Assembly: GCA_003482855.1 (NCBI GenBank)
Contig: DMXO01000002.1
Coordinates: 210,635-274,634, forward strand
From: Candidatus Magasanikiibacteriota bacterium
GTDB taxonomy: Bacteria > Patescibacteriota > Patescibacteriia > Magasanikbacterales > UBA922
Direction of reading: 5' to 3'
Length of the DNA: 64,000 nt
Numbering within the stretch: position 1 is the stretch's first letter; every line of letters starts with the position of its first letter. Both the position numbers and the translations under genes were made by a program. The notes beneath the pieces were generated by a model, which searched no databases, was not told the origin of the DNA, and was given only the letters and a program-made list of their open reading frames with translations. Below are positions 37,473 through 47,771 of the stretch, piece after piece.

Positions 37473-39005
37473 ATGGGCAAAAAAAATGATACGATCAAAG
37501 CCGATTTTTTAGTAATAGGATCAGGCATTGCTGGCCTGAATTTTGCGTTGGAAGCAAGCAAATATGGCACTGTCGCGATTGTAACCAAAAAAGAACTCAT
37601 GGAAAGTAACTCAAATTATGCTCAAGGTGGCATTGCTGCAGTTTTGGATACAATGGACAGCTTTGAAAAACATATTGAAGATACTATGAAAGCTGGGTGC
37701 TACTTGAATGACAAAAAAGCTGTAGAAATAATGGTGAGAGAAGCTCCCAAACAAATACAAAAACTCATAGATATTGGTGTCGGATTTAGCAAAGAAAACA
37801 ATAAATTGTCTCTTACCAAAGAAGGCGGACATTCTATGCGGCGTATCGCGCATGTGCATGATACGACAGGTAAAGAAATTGAACGGGCGTTGATTCACCA
37901 AGTACGGCATAATGAAAACATCTCTATCTTTGAATCGTACGTAGCATTTAGACTACTAACACCCGAGCACAAAAGCACAAAAGCACAAAAGCACTGTGTC
38001 GGCGCTTTGGTTCTCAATACTGAAAAAAATGAAGTGACTACATTTATTGTCAAGGCAACGATACTCGCGACAGGCGGAACAGGACAAGTATACAAACGAA
38101 ATTCAAATCCAAAAATTGCAACAGGTGATGGCGTGGCACTTGCACATGAAGCAGGGGCAGAAATTTGTGACATGGAATTTATACAATTTCATCCCACAGC
38201 TCTTGCAAAAAAAGGCAAACCAGCACTGCTTATTTCTGAGACTGTACGTGGCGAGGGCGGTATCCTTGTTCACAAAGATGGCAAACGATTTATGCCAAAC
38301 TACCATAAACTCGCCGAGCTCGCACCACGTGATATTGTCTCGCGCGCGATGTTTGAGGAATTAAAAAAAGGTCCAGTTTACCTCGACATCCGACATAAGG
38401 GAAGTACCTATATAAAACAACGATTCCCCTATCTCTATAATGAACTCTGGTGGTACGGAGTAAAGATGGATAAAGATCTTATTCCTGTCGCACCAGCCGC
38501 ACACTTCACCTGCGGTGGAGTTCATACAAATCTAAATGGCGAAACAAATATTCCCGGACTTTTTGCGTTTGGTGAAGTCGCGCATACCGGCGTTCATGGA
38601 GCGAATCGGTTGGCATCGAATTCGCTCTTAGAGTGTATGGTATTTAGTAGTAGGGCAGTAAATTCAACTAAAAAATATATCAGAAAAATGCAAAATGCAA
38701 AATGCAAAATGCAAAAAATCCCTATAACCTATAACCTAAAACCTAAAACCTTGAATGAAATTAGAAAGATGACATCTTCGATTCAAAAACTTATGTGGAG
38801 CAATGTTGGTATCGTCCGTGAAGAAAAAAAGATGAAAAAAACATTAAAAATATTAGATAGATATGAAACAAATATTAAACAGGTACTAAAGACTGGAATA
38901 AACAGAGACATTCTTGAATTAAAAAATATCTGTAATGTTGCCAAACTTATTACACAGGCGGCGCTTGAAAGAAAAGAAAGCGTAGGAGCTCACTTTATAG
39001 TATGA
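37473..39005 (+). CDS. nadB: L-aspartate oxidase
   Basis: DFLVIGSGIAGL FAD motif, YAQGGIAA, RLASNSLLE; carries in-frame repeat insertions. Confidence 0.85.
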   Translation: MGKKNDTIKADFLVIGSGIAGLNFALEASKYGTVAIVTKKELMESNSNYAQGGIAAVLDTMDSFEKHIEDTMKAGCYLNDKKAVEIMVREAPKQIQKLIDIGVGFSKENNKLSLTKEGGHSMRRIAHVHDTTGKEIERALIHQVRHNENISIFESYVAFRLLTPEHKSTKAQKHCVGALVLNTEKNEVTTFIVKATILATGGTGQVYKRNSNPKIATGDGVALAHEAGAEICDMEFIQFHPTALAKKGKPALLISETVRGEGGILVHKDGKRFMPNYHKLAELAPRDIVSRAMFEELKKGPVYLDIRHKGSTYIKQRFPYLYNELWWYGVKMDKDLIPVAPAAHFTCGGVHTNLNGETNIPGLFAFGEVAHTGVHGANRLASNSLLECMVFSSRAVNSTKKYIRKMQNAKCKMQKIPITYNLKPKTLNEIRKMTSSIQKLMWSNVGIVREEKKMKKTLKILDRYETNIKQVLKTGINRDILELKNICNVAKLITQAALERKESVGAHFIV

Positions 39006-39673
39006 GTAAAAAACAAATATTCTACATATTCATTATCCCCGGACTATGTATTCAGTTCGTCGGGTCATTTTTTTATTTTGTCATACTCAATGGTACGGGG
39101 ATTTCAAATATCATTTACACGCTGACAAAAATTCTGGTTATTGTCTGGCCATTATATTGGATATTTAAACGAGACAAAGACAAACAAATACCTCATAGAA
39201 AAAAATCCGTTATGTACGGTCTCATATTCGGACTTGGGGTAAGCGCCCTTATACTCATTATTTTCAACGCATTTTTTGATTACTTTTCACAATTTGCGAC
39301 GAACATGAAAGATGCAGCGGAAAATCTCGGCATACTGAACTACTACATCCTATTCTCACTTTTCTTAAGTATTGCCCACTCTGGAATTGAGGAATACTAC
39401 TGGCGCTGGTTCATATTCAAAGGACTTCAAATAAAATTTAAACCTCTCATCGCCGCGTCTATCTCGAGTCTCGCCTTTTCCCTGCATCACTTCATTGTAC
39501 TGTCTCAATTTTTTAATATTTGGATAACTATGCTCTTCGGGATAGCGGTCGGGGTTGGTGGCCTGATTTGGTGTCTTATATATTACAAAACACGATCAAT
39601 ACTTGGCAGTTGGATCGGTCACCTATTCGTAGATCTCGCTGTGATGACTGTAGGTTATATATTGATTTTCTAA
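39002..39673 (+). CDS. CPBP-family intramembrane metalloprotease (CAAX protease-like)
   Basis: EEYYWRWF...HHF motifs typical of CPBP/Abi family; polytopic. Confidence 0.7.
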   Translation: MSKKQIFYIFIIPGLCIQFVGSFFYFVILNGTGISNIIYTLTKILVIVWPLYWIFKRDKDKQIPHRKKSVMYGLIFGLGVSALILIIFNAFFDYFSQFATNMKDAAENLGILNYYILFSLFLSIAHSGIEEYYWRWFIFKGLQIKFKPLIAASISSLAFSLHHFIVLSQFFNIWITMLFGIAVGVGGLIWCLIYYKTRSILGSWIGHLFVDLAVMTVGYILIF

Positions 39674-39699
39674 CTTTCTCATGGTTTAATAAAACCACT

Positions 39700-40839
39700 A
39701 TGAAAATCCTTGGCATTGAATCCTCATGTGACGATACATCTGTCGCGTTACTCGATATAACAGATGAAAAAATAGAAATCTTGGCTGAAAAAACAGCAAG
39801 CCAAATTGATGTACACAAAAAATATGGTGGTGTGGTACCAGAAATTGCCGGACGAAAACATGCTGAAAAAATTATTCCTCTTGTTGATCATATTCTCGAG
39901 GAAGCCCATATTACAAAACCCGATGTTATTGCGGTAACTTCAGGACCAGGTCTTATTACTGGTCTTGTAGTGGGAGTTGAAACAGCAAAAGCGCTTTCAT
40001 ATTTGTGGAATGTACCAATCGTTGCAGTAAACCACATTGAAGGGCATATACACTCCGTATTGATTGGACTTCAGCAATCAGACTTCAGCAATCAGAATAA
40101 AAAGAAATCTGAAGTCCGAAGTCCGAAGTCAAAAATAGATTATCCAGCTTTATGTATTATAGCTTCTGGCGGACATACAGAATTGATCTTTGTGTCAGAC
40201 GTAAATAAATATGAACGAATTGGCGGGACAGTAGATGACGCGGCGGGAGAATGTTTTGATAAAGTAGCAAAATTGCTCGGATTTGATTATCCAGGAGGAC
40301 CGAAAATTTCAAAATTTGCAGAGGAAGGAAACCCACGTGCAATTGAATTTCCACGACCTATGATTAATAGTAAAGATTTTAATTTTAGCTTTGCGGGTCT
40401 CAAAACTTCAGCACTGTATTGGCTCCGAGATAATCAACTGTCTGCGATGAATATAATTCCGTATAAGCTACCCACAGGAATCTATGGACAGACGCAAGAA
40501 CCTCCCACAATCAACGATTTCTGCGCAAGCTTTGAACAAGCAATAATTGATGTTCTTGTCACAAAAACCCTTAAAGCAGCGAAGCAATACAAACCAAAAA
40601 CTATTATTCTTGGCGGTGGAGTTTCTGCAAACAAAAAATTAAGAGAAACTCTTGAAATGACAATCAAACAAGAAACTCCGAACTCCGAACTCCGAACTCC
40701 GAACTTGAAGTATGCCATGGACAACGCCACCATGATCGCGGTTGCCGCGTACCATCATGCAAAAAATAAAGAGTTTACCTCATGGGACAAGTTGGAAGCG
40801 AATCCTAATTGGAAAATAACAGATTTCACAAATTTCTAA
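39700..40839 (+). CDS. tsaD: tRNA N6-adenosine threonylcarbamoyltransferase TsaD (start MKILGIESSCDDTSVAL)
   Basis: Kae1/TsaD N-terminus and HIEGH motif; two repeat-encoded in-frame insertions; listed ORF 39520 start overlaps previous gene. Confidence 0.85.
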   Translation: MKILGIESSCDDTSVALLDITDEKIEILAEKTASQIDVHKKYGGVVPEIAGRKHAEKIIPLVDHILEEAHITKPDVIAVTSGPGLITGLVVGVETAKALSYLWNVPIVAVNHIEGHIHSVLIGLQQSDFSNQNKKKSEVRSPKSKIDYPALCIIASGGHTELIFVSDVNKYERIGGTVDDAAGECFDKVAKLLGFDYPGGPKISKFAEEGNPRAIEFPRPMINSKDFNFSFAGLKTSALYWLRDNQLSAMNIIPYKLPTGIYGQTQEPPTINDFCASFEQAIIDVLVTKTLKAAKQYKPKTIILGGGVSANKKLRETLEMTIKQETPNSELRTPNLKYAMDNATMIAVAAYHHAKNKEFTSWDKLEANPNWKITDFTNF

Positions 40840-40878
40840 CAAATTATACAAATTACGAATTACTAGTTACTAATTACC

Positions 40879-41820
40879 ATGTCTCTCAAAATTATCAGTG
40901 GAAGCAGTCATAGACAATTTACTGAAAAAGTTTGTCAATTTTTAGGTATTGAAGAGACCAAAATGACGATCAAAGTTTTTAGCAATGAAAATAGATTTAT
41001 AAAAATAGAAGAACCAGTTCGAGGCGATGATGTATTTGTGATACAAACTCAAGCATCACCCGTTGACGCACACATCATTGAATTACTCATGATCATACGC
41101 ACCCTTCGCGATGCCTCGGCAAAACGAATCACCGCCGTCCTTCCCTATCTGCCCTATATCCGCTCTGATAAAAAAGATCAACCTCGCGTTTGTCTTGCCG
41201 CGCGCCTCATGGCAGACATGATTGAGATAGCGGGAGCAAACCGCGTACTTATCATGGAGATGCATTCCCCCCAAACACAAGGATTCTTTTCTATCCCAAC
41301 CGACCATATAATTGCCGCTCCAGATATTGTTGAACACCTCAAGGAACATTGGGATCTACATAATTATGTACTCGTTGCTGGAGATAGCGGAGCTGCAAAA
41401 CTACTTCAACCTTACGCAGACAGCCTCAACCTGCCTGTTGCCATGATGGACAAACGCCGTATCGGTAATGAAGAACGTGTCACTATCAAAGGAGTGGTTG
41501 GTGATGTTAGAGATAAAAAAGCATTAATCATTGATGACGAGACATCCAGTGGTGGAACATTGATTGAAGATGCAAAGTATTTATTGAACCAAGCCGGCGT
41601 ACAAAGTGTGGACGTATGTTTCATACATGCGGCACTGGGCAAAGGAACTGTGGAAAAATTAAATAGTTCCCCTATTGGACGTTTTGTTACAACCGATACT
41701 ATTCCTCTCTCTAGCGAACTCCGTAACGTAGAAGTTGTTTCAGTTACCAAACGTTTCGCAGAATTTATTGGAAGAATCCATGATGACAAAAGTGTGAAGT
41801 CGATAAACGACCTCACATAA
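40879..41820 (+). CDS. prs: ribose-phosphate pyrophosphokinase
   Basis: MSLKIISGSS...NRFIKIEEPVRGDDVFVIQ...DLHA-like PRPP synthetase core. Confidence 0.85.
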   Translation: MSLKIISGSSHRQFTEKVCQFLGIEETKMTIKVFSNENRFIKIEEPVRGDDVFVIQTQASPVDAHIIELLMIIRTLRDASAKRITAVLPYLPYIRSDKKDQPRVCLAARLMADMIEIAGANRVLIMEMHSPQTQGFFSIPTDHIIAAPDIVEHLKEHWDLHNYVLVAGDSGAAKLLQPYADSLNLPVAMMDKRRIGNEERVTIKGVVGDVRDKKALIIDDETSSGGTLIEDAKYLLNQAGVQSVDVCFIHAALGKGTVEKLNSSPIGRFVTTDTIPLSSELRNVEVVSVTKRFAEFIGRIHDDKSVKSINDLT

Positions 41821-41869
41821 TTTCGAATCTCAAAACAATTTAAAAATTACTTAATTAAAAATTTCGTCT

Positions 41870-42130
41870 ATGCCCTACATTTCCCAACCAGATCGTGACC
41901 GTCTAGATAACGCGATTGAAAATCTCGCTAAACTTATCAGTCCAAATCAACGCGCAGGTGATTTAAATTATTCTATCACCCGCCTTTTACTTTTGAGTCA
42001 GGGTGAGGGACGATACAAAGATTGGAATGAACTTATCGGCGTGCTTGAATGTGCAAAACAAGAATTTTATCGCAAAAAAATAGGTCCGTATGAAGACAAA
42101 AAAATAAAAGAAAATGGTGACGTATACTAG
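41870..42130 (+). CDS. hypothetical small protein
   Basis: ORF only. Confidence 0.35.
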   Translation: MPYISQPDRDRLDNAIENLAKLISPNQRAGDLNYSITRLLLLSQGEGRYKDWNELIGVLECAKQEFYRKKIGPYEDKKIKENGDVY

Positions 42131-42155
42131 TTAAAAAACTCCCACGCAAGGGAGT

Positions 42156-45100
42156 TTAATTATCATTGACTATCAATTTGTCTGCGCCCACACATTGTTC
42201 AAGCTTTATTCTCAACTCATCCCCCCACTCCACTTGCGACTGAGCACGAATAGTATTCAAACCAACTTTTACATACACGTCATACTCGCCCGGGTATTCC
42301 TCAAACAAATGCTTAAGATCATTTGTATATTTTTTAAGTTCTTCTTGAGTCAAACTAATAGTAATATATCTATTGTCCTTCAAGTTTCCCTTTGCGCTGT
42401 CTGAGCTCAACGAAAGGTATTTACTTACCTCAGCTACGTTTTCTTTTGTAAGCACGTACGCCTTTTCTACAAAAATCTTGTTATCTCCTTCTTCGCGTGG
42501 AGTTTTGCCCACAATACACACCACATTACCCTCTTGCCAAACATCCTTGGTTGTCTCATACGTCTTGGGAAATACAAGCATCTCTATACGTCCTGTTTGA
42601 TCTTGAATCGTGGCAAACATCATAGCTGATCCTTTTTTAGTAATTTTCTTTTTGAGTGTATCTACTACCCCGCCTACAACAACCCAAGAATCTCTAGGTC
42701 TGTTCTCTATATCAGCAACTTTGGTCACCTTCCCCTCTAAAAAAGTTTCATAGTATGAAAAAGGATGGGAAGAGACGTAAATACCAAGTAAATTTTTTTC
42801 CCATACAAGTTTCTGGTCAAGGGTCGCCACTTCTGCGTCATCTATCCTTACTTTGGTGTCGAGTGATATGTCAGTGCCTGCAAATAAAGAATTCTGACTA
42901 CTCGACCGTTTTTCTTTTATCTGATGCAAATACCCAAGTAAATTTTCACTATTTACCGACAATATGCCTCTATCAATTCCAAAACAATCAAGCGCGCCTG
43001 CCTGTATGAGGCTCTCGATAGATTTTTTATTTAGATCTTTATCATCGACACGCTCGAGAAAATCTTCAACACTTTTATATTGACCATGATCTTTCCTTTC
43101 ACGATATATAACTTCACAAATATGCTCTCCTACATTTTTTATAGCAGTCAATCCGAATCTAATACGTCCCGCTTCTCCAGGCTTTGAAACCATAGCAAAT
43201 GATCTGAAACTTTCGTTGACATCAGGAGGCAATACTTCAATACCAATTCGTCTACATTCGCCAACTATTTCAGCAACTTTGTCAGCATCGCTCGATTCTG
43301 CCTGCAATACTGCAGTCATATACTGCACAGGATAATGCGCCTTCATGTACGATGTCTGATAGGCAACGATACCATAACTTGCGGCATGCGCTTTGTTGAA
43401 CCCATACGCGGCAAATGGCTCTATAGCATGCCAAAGTTCATCAATAATTTCTTGTTTCAATTTGCCGTGATCACGACACCCTTGATAAAATTTAATTTTT
43501 TGTTTTGCCATTTCTTCAGGAATTTTTTTACCCATAGCCTTGCGAAATTTGTCTGCTTCCATCCAGTCATAACCTGCGAGATGAATAGCAGTCAACATCA
43601 CATCATCTTGATATACAAGAAGACCAAAAGACGCACTCAGATAATCCTTCATGCGTGAATCAAGATATACAACAGACTCAGAATTATGTTTGCGTCTAAT
43701 ATATTCAGGGATAGACTCCATAGGCCCCGGACGATAGAGCGCTACCATGGCCATAATATCATCGATAGTTGTAGGCCTCAGTTCCTTGAGCCAGCGTGTC
43801 ATACCACTGCCACCAAGCTGAAACGTGCCCATTGTTTCTCCGCGAGCCAACATATCAAATGTCTCTTTGTCATCAAGCGGCAAATGATAAATATCAATTT
43901 TGTCTCCTGTAGTTTTCTGTACAATTTCAACAGACTTCCCTAATATAGAAAGATTCCGTATTCCAAGAAAATCATTCTTGAGAACTCCTGCTGTCTCCAC
44001 TGCATGCATTTCATATTGAGTGGTAATACGTCCACCTCCAGTCTCGTGTTGGACAGGAGTAAAATCAGTAAGAGGCGCAGGAGATATCACCACACCGGCT
44101 GCGTGAATAGACGTATGACGGGCGCATCCTTCCACCTGTTGTGCGAGATCAATAAGACGTTTGACATCTCCATTGGTATCATACAATTTTTTCAAATCGG
44201 GTTCCTCTACGAGCGCACGTTCAATGGTCATAGGAAAACCTTGTGACCCTTGTGGAATCATTTTGGCAACTTGATCACAAAATCCGTATGAAAGACCAAG
44301 TGCCCTACCAACGTCACGTACACTTGCCCGAGCCGCCATAGTTCCAAATGTAATAATTTGAGCAACTTTATCAACTCCATACTTATTAGTCACATATTCT
44401 ATCATTTCCTCTCTACGATCATCTGCAAAGTCAGTATCGATATCTGGCGGACTTGGTCGAAACGGATTCAAGAAACGTTCAAAAGGCAACTTGAATCGCA
44501 TAGGATCAACTGTTGTAATACCCAAAACATATGAGACAAGCGACCCAGCTGCAGATCCACGAGTAGATTCGACAATACCATTGCGCTTGGCATAACCAAC
44601 GTAATCAGCAACACAAATAAAATAAGGAGAATATCCTTTGGTCTTTATAATATCAAGCTCATAATCAAGGCGCTTTTTTATTTCATCCGTGACAGAATCA
44701 TAAAATTTTGTTATTGCATCGTATGCACAATCAGACAGATACTCATCAACATTTTTGCCTGGAGGCAATCCAACAGGTGCAAAATGCCAGACATTTAAAG
44801 GTATCTCAACATGGATACGCTCTGCAATCTTTACCGTATTTTCAAGGGCATCGGGCACATGGCGAAAACGAGATATAATATCATCTCCGGTATTGAGAGA
44901 TCTGTCTACATGACGTTTATCTTCTCGTCCAAGTTGGTCTACTTTCCATCCCTGTGAAATACAACGCAATATATCTTGTGCTTCTGCCTCTTTGAAATCT
45001 AGATAATGAACATCCCGAGTCACAACAAGTGGTATATGAGTATCTTTTGATAATTGAATCAATTTTGTGTTCACGTCAATCTGCCCCTCTATGGCTGGAT

Positions 45101-45632
45101 GATCCTCCAGTTCAAGATAAAAATTTTCCTGCCCAAAAATGGCATTGTATTCTTCAGCAACAACTTGTGCCTCATCTATTTTCCCTTCTTTGAGCAATTG
45201 TGGTATCTCACCTTCTATAGGACCAGACAATGCAATAATACCATTATGAAATTGACGAAGTAATTCTTTGTCCAATCGCGGTTTATCATTAAAAAAACCT
45301 TCCAGATGACCATAGGATGACAGTCTCATCAAGTTTTGATAACCCCCGAAATCCTCTGCAAGTAAAATCAGATGATACAAACGTTTATCTTGTTCGGGAT
45401 CTTTGTCAAAACGAGAACGTGGGGCAATATATGCTTCAAATCCGATAATGGGCTTGATCCCTTCGGCAAGACACGTCTGATAAAACTCTATAGCCCCATA
45501 CATAGACCCATAATCAGTGAGCGCCAGAGCATCAAAACCCCGTTGTTTTGCAACACGAACAAGGGGTTTGATCTTGGTCAACCCATTGAGCAGAGAATAG
45601 TGCGAGTGAGTATGTAAATGGACAAACCCCAT
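42156..45632 (-). CDS. dnaE: DNA polymerase III alpha subunit
   Basis: PHP domain MGFVHLHTHSHYSLLNG..., polymerase core, 1158 aa. Confidence 0.9.
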   Translation of the reverse strand: MGFVHLHTHSHYSLLNGLTKIKPLVRVAKQRGFDALALTDYGSMYGAIEFYQTCLAEGIKPIIGFEAYIAPRSRFDKDPEQDKRLYHLILLAEDFGGYQNLMRLSSYGHLEGFFNDKPRLDKELLRQFHNGIIALSGPIEGEIPQLLKEGKIDEAQVVAEEYNAIFGQENFYLELEDHPAIEGQIDVNTKLIQLSKDTHIPLVVTRDVHYLDFKEAEAQDILRCISQGWKVDQLGREDKRHVDRSLNTGDDIISRFRHVPDALENTVKIAERIHVEIPLNVWHFAPVGLPPGKNVDEYLSDCAYDAITKFYDSVTDEIKKRLDYELDIIKTKGYSPYFICVADYVGYAKRNGIVESTRGSAAGSLVSYVLGITTVDPMRFKLPFERFLNPFRPSPPDIDTDFADDRREEMIEYVTNKYGVDKVAQIITFGTMAARASVRDVGRALGLSYGFCDQVAKMIPQGSQGFPMTIERALVEEPDLKKLYDTNGDVKRLIDLAQQVEGCARHTSIHAAGVVISPAPLTDFTPVQHETGGGRITTQYEMHAVETAGVLKNDFLGIRNLSILGKSVEIVQKTTGDKIDIYHLPLDDKETFDMLARGETMGTFQLGGSGMTRWLKELRPTTIDDIMAMVALYRPGPMESIPEYIRRKHNSESVVYLDSRMKDYLSASFGLLVYQDDVMLTAIHLAGYDWMEADKFRKAMGKKIPEEMAKQKIKFYQGCRDHGKLKQEIIDELWHAIEPFAAYGFNKAHAASYGIVAYQTSYMKAHYPVQYMTAVLQAESSDADKVAEIVGECRRIGIEVLPPDVNESFRSFAMVSKPGEAGRIRFGLTAIKNVGEHICEVIYRERKDHGQYKSVEDFLERVDDKDLNKKSIESLIQAGALDCFGIDRGILSVNSENLLGYLHQIKEKRSSSQNSLFAGTDISLDTKVRIDDAEVATLDQKLVWEKNLLGIYVSSHPFSYYETFLEGKVTKVADIENRPRDSWVVVGGVVDTLKKKITKKGSAMMFATIQDQTGRIEMLVFPKTYETTKDVWQEGNVVCIVGKTPREEGDNKIFVEKAYVLTKENVAEVSKYLSLSSDSAKGNLKDNRYITISLTQEELKKYTNDLKHLFEEYPGEYDVYVKVGLNTIRAQSQVEWGDELRIKLEQCVGADKLIVNDN

Positions 45633-45705
45633 AGCGTCCCTATTATTTGGTTAAATACTCAAGTTAGTTTATAATATATCCATTACAAAATCAAATCTCC
45701 TTTTT

Positions 45706-47187
45706 ATGAAAAAATATATACTTGAGTCAGCAGTTTTTATTAGCGGAGCAGTTGTAATGGTCTTCGAAATCGTAGGATCTCGCGTCCTTTCTCCCTATAT
45801 AGGGACATCTATCTTTGTGTGGACCAGCCTCATTGGTGTCATACTCGGAAGTCTTAGCATTGGCTATTGGCTTGGAGGCAAAATTGCTGACAAAAAAACA
45901 AACTATCAAAAATTTTCTTGGATCATTTTTATGTCTGCGCTACTTATTGGTGTAGTAACAATTATCAAAGACCCTATTTTGGTATTGTTCCAATCATCTA
46001 TTGAGAATTTTAAACTCCGGACAATAATAAGTACATTCACACTTTTTTCACTGCCAAGTGTACTGCTCGGGATGGTATCTCCATACGCAGTAAAACTCAA
46101 AATAAATTCTCTAGAAACTTCTGGCTCAACCGTAGGCAATCTGTACGCGATATCAACTATCGGAAGTATTGTTGGGACATTTGGAGCAGGGTTTTTTCTT
46201 ATTCCGACATTTGGTACTACAAAAATTCTATTCATATTATCCATCACACTTATACTTTCATCTATATCTCTTTTCACGCAAAAAGGAGTAATTATGAAAT
46301 TATATATTCTTGTTCTATTTATTTTATCCATCTTTATTGTAGATATAGTATATGCTCAGCAGGTCAAACATGGAATCATTGACACAAATACAACATATAG
46401 CCATATCATCATTCACGATGATGTCGATAAAGCGACAGGAAAAAATATAAAACGTATGAGGATAGACGGAAGCTCAAGCTCTGCCATGTTTGCTGAGGAT
46501 GATAATCTGGTATTTGAATATACAAAATATTACAACCTCGTAAAACATTTTAATCCTAATTTCAAAAAGGCTCTCCTACTCGGTGGAGCTGCATATTCGT
46601 ACCCAAAATACTATCTCATGACATACCCAGAGGCAACGTTGGATGTAGTGGAGATAGATCCAGGCGTAACAAAACTTGCACAAACATATTTTCGTCTCAA
46701 AGATAATCCACGACTACGTATTTTCCACGAAGATGGCAGAACATTTTTGAATTCAACACCTGAGACATATGATGTCATATTCGGCGATGCATTTGCGTCC
46801 TTTTATTCAATCCCTTATCAATTGACAACAAAAGAGGCAGTACAAAAAATGTACGATAAACTTACAGATAATGGCATCGCCTTAGTCAATATTATTTCAG
46901 CGATTGAAGGAGACAAAGGTTCATTCCTTCGTGCTGAATACGCCACATACAAGAGTATATTCCCACAAGTTTTCATCGCGCCAGTGGCAGACACAGAAGA
47001 TCCAACACGATTCCAAAATATAATGCTTATTGCTCTCAAACATACACAAGAAATATCTCTAGAAACAGAAGACCCTGAGCTAGCTTCTTTCCTCAGCCAT
47101 ATTTGGAAAAATGAAATCTTGAATGATATGCCTATATTGACTGACAATTATGCGCCAGTAGATTATTATATGTATCAACTTTTATAA
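45706..47187 (+). CDS. membrane-anchored polyamine aminopropyltransferase (spermidine synthase-like) fusion
   Basis: N-terminal multi-TM domain; C-terminal VVEIDPGVTKLAQ...DVIFGDAF spermidine synthase motifs. Confidence 0.7.
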   Translation: MKKYILESAVFISGAVVMVFEIVGSRVLSPYIGTSIFVWTSLIGVILGSLSIGYWLGGKIADKKTNYQKFSWIIFMSALLIGVVTIIKDPILVLFQSSIENFKLRTIISTFTLFSLPSVLLGMVSPYAVKLKINSLETSGSTVGNLYAISTIGSIVGTFGAGFFLIPTFGTTKILFILSITLILSSISLFTQKGVIMKLYILVLFILSIFIVDIVYAQQVKHGIIDTNTTYSHIIIHDDVDKATGKNIKRMRIDGSSSSAMFAEDDNLVFEYTKYYNLVKHFNPNFKKALLLGGAAYSYPKYYLMTYPEATLDVVEIDPGVTKLAQTYFRLKDNPRLRIFHEDGRTFLNSTPETYDVIFGDAFASFYSIPYQLTTKEAVQKMYDKLTDNGIALVNIISAIEGDKGSFLRAEYATYKSIFPQVFIAPVADTEDPTRFQNIMLIALKHTQEISLETEDPELASFLSHIWKNEILNDMPILTDNYAPVDYYMYQLL

Positions 47188-47373
47188 CACATAACAAAGA
47201 AATGAAATTGCGAGGAAGGTGTCACTTAAGTCGGCGATCTCTGTACCGCCAACAGCGACAGTACAATCCTACTTAGTTGCCGGAGGTTTTGCACCTTCTT
47301 TTCGCAAAAATAGCCAATAACAAAAATCGTCCCCAAATATTCAGGACGATTTTAAATTGATGTAAAATAAATG

Positions 47374-47706
47374 TTACTTCTTTTTGGGACGGTCTGTTTT
47401 CTTTTTTCGTTGCGATAATTTTTCTTCCAATTTATCAGACAATTTACCAATCACAAATTTATTGAGAAAACTTGATGCAACACCACTCACCGCACCCATA
47501 TGACTTGACATACTGTCTACTTTCTTGCGAATAAATTCCACTGCTTCAGTGATGAGCTCCAATTTTTGGGTTAGCGTCTCGACAATTTTATTTACATTGC
47601 GTAATGTGCGTGCTGCTTGGTACAACAACCAGCACACAAACACGGTGAACCAAACGAGTGAAAGAGACAGGACTACATATAGTAAGTCCTTACTTGTTTC
47701 AAACAT
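47374..47706 (-). CDS. small membrane protein (hypothetical)
   Basis: Single TM, Lys-rich C-terminus. Confidence 0.4.
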   Translation of the reverse strand: MFETSKDLLYVVLSLSLVWFTVFVCWLLYQAARTLRNVNKIVETLTQKLELITEAVEFIRKKVDSMSSHMGAVSGVASSFLNKFVIGKLSDKLEEKLSQRKKKTDRPKKK

Positions 47707-47771
47707 ATGACAGGCGAATTAAATAAAATAAAGTTAGATCTAGTATAACACATTTCAATTGTCATGCAAAA

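Noticed and set aside
39520-39699. Upstream extension of tsaD ORF overlapping the CPBP protease gene
   Set aside because: The conserved TsaD N-terminus begins at MKILGIESSCDD (ATG 39700). The extension overlaps the preceding gene and has no homology
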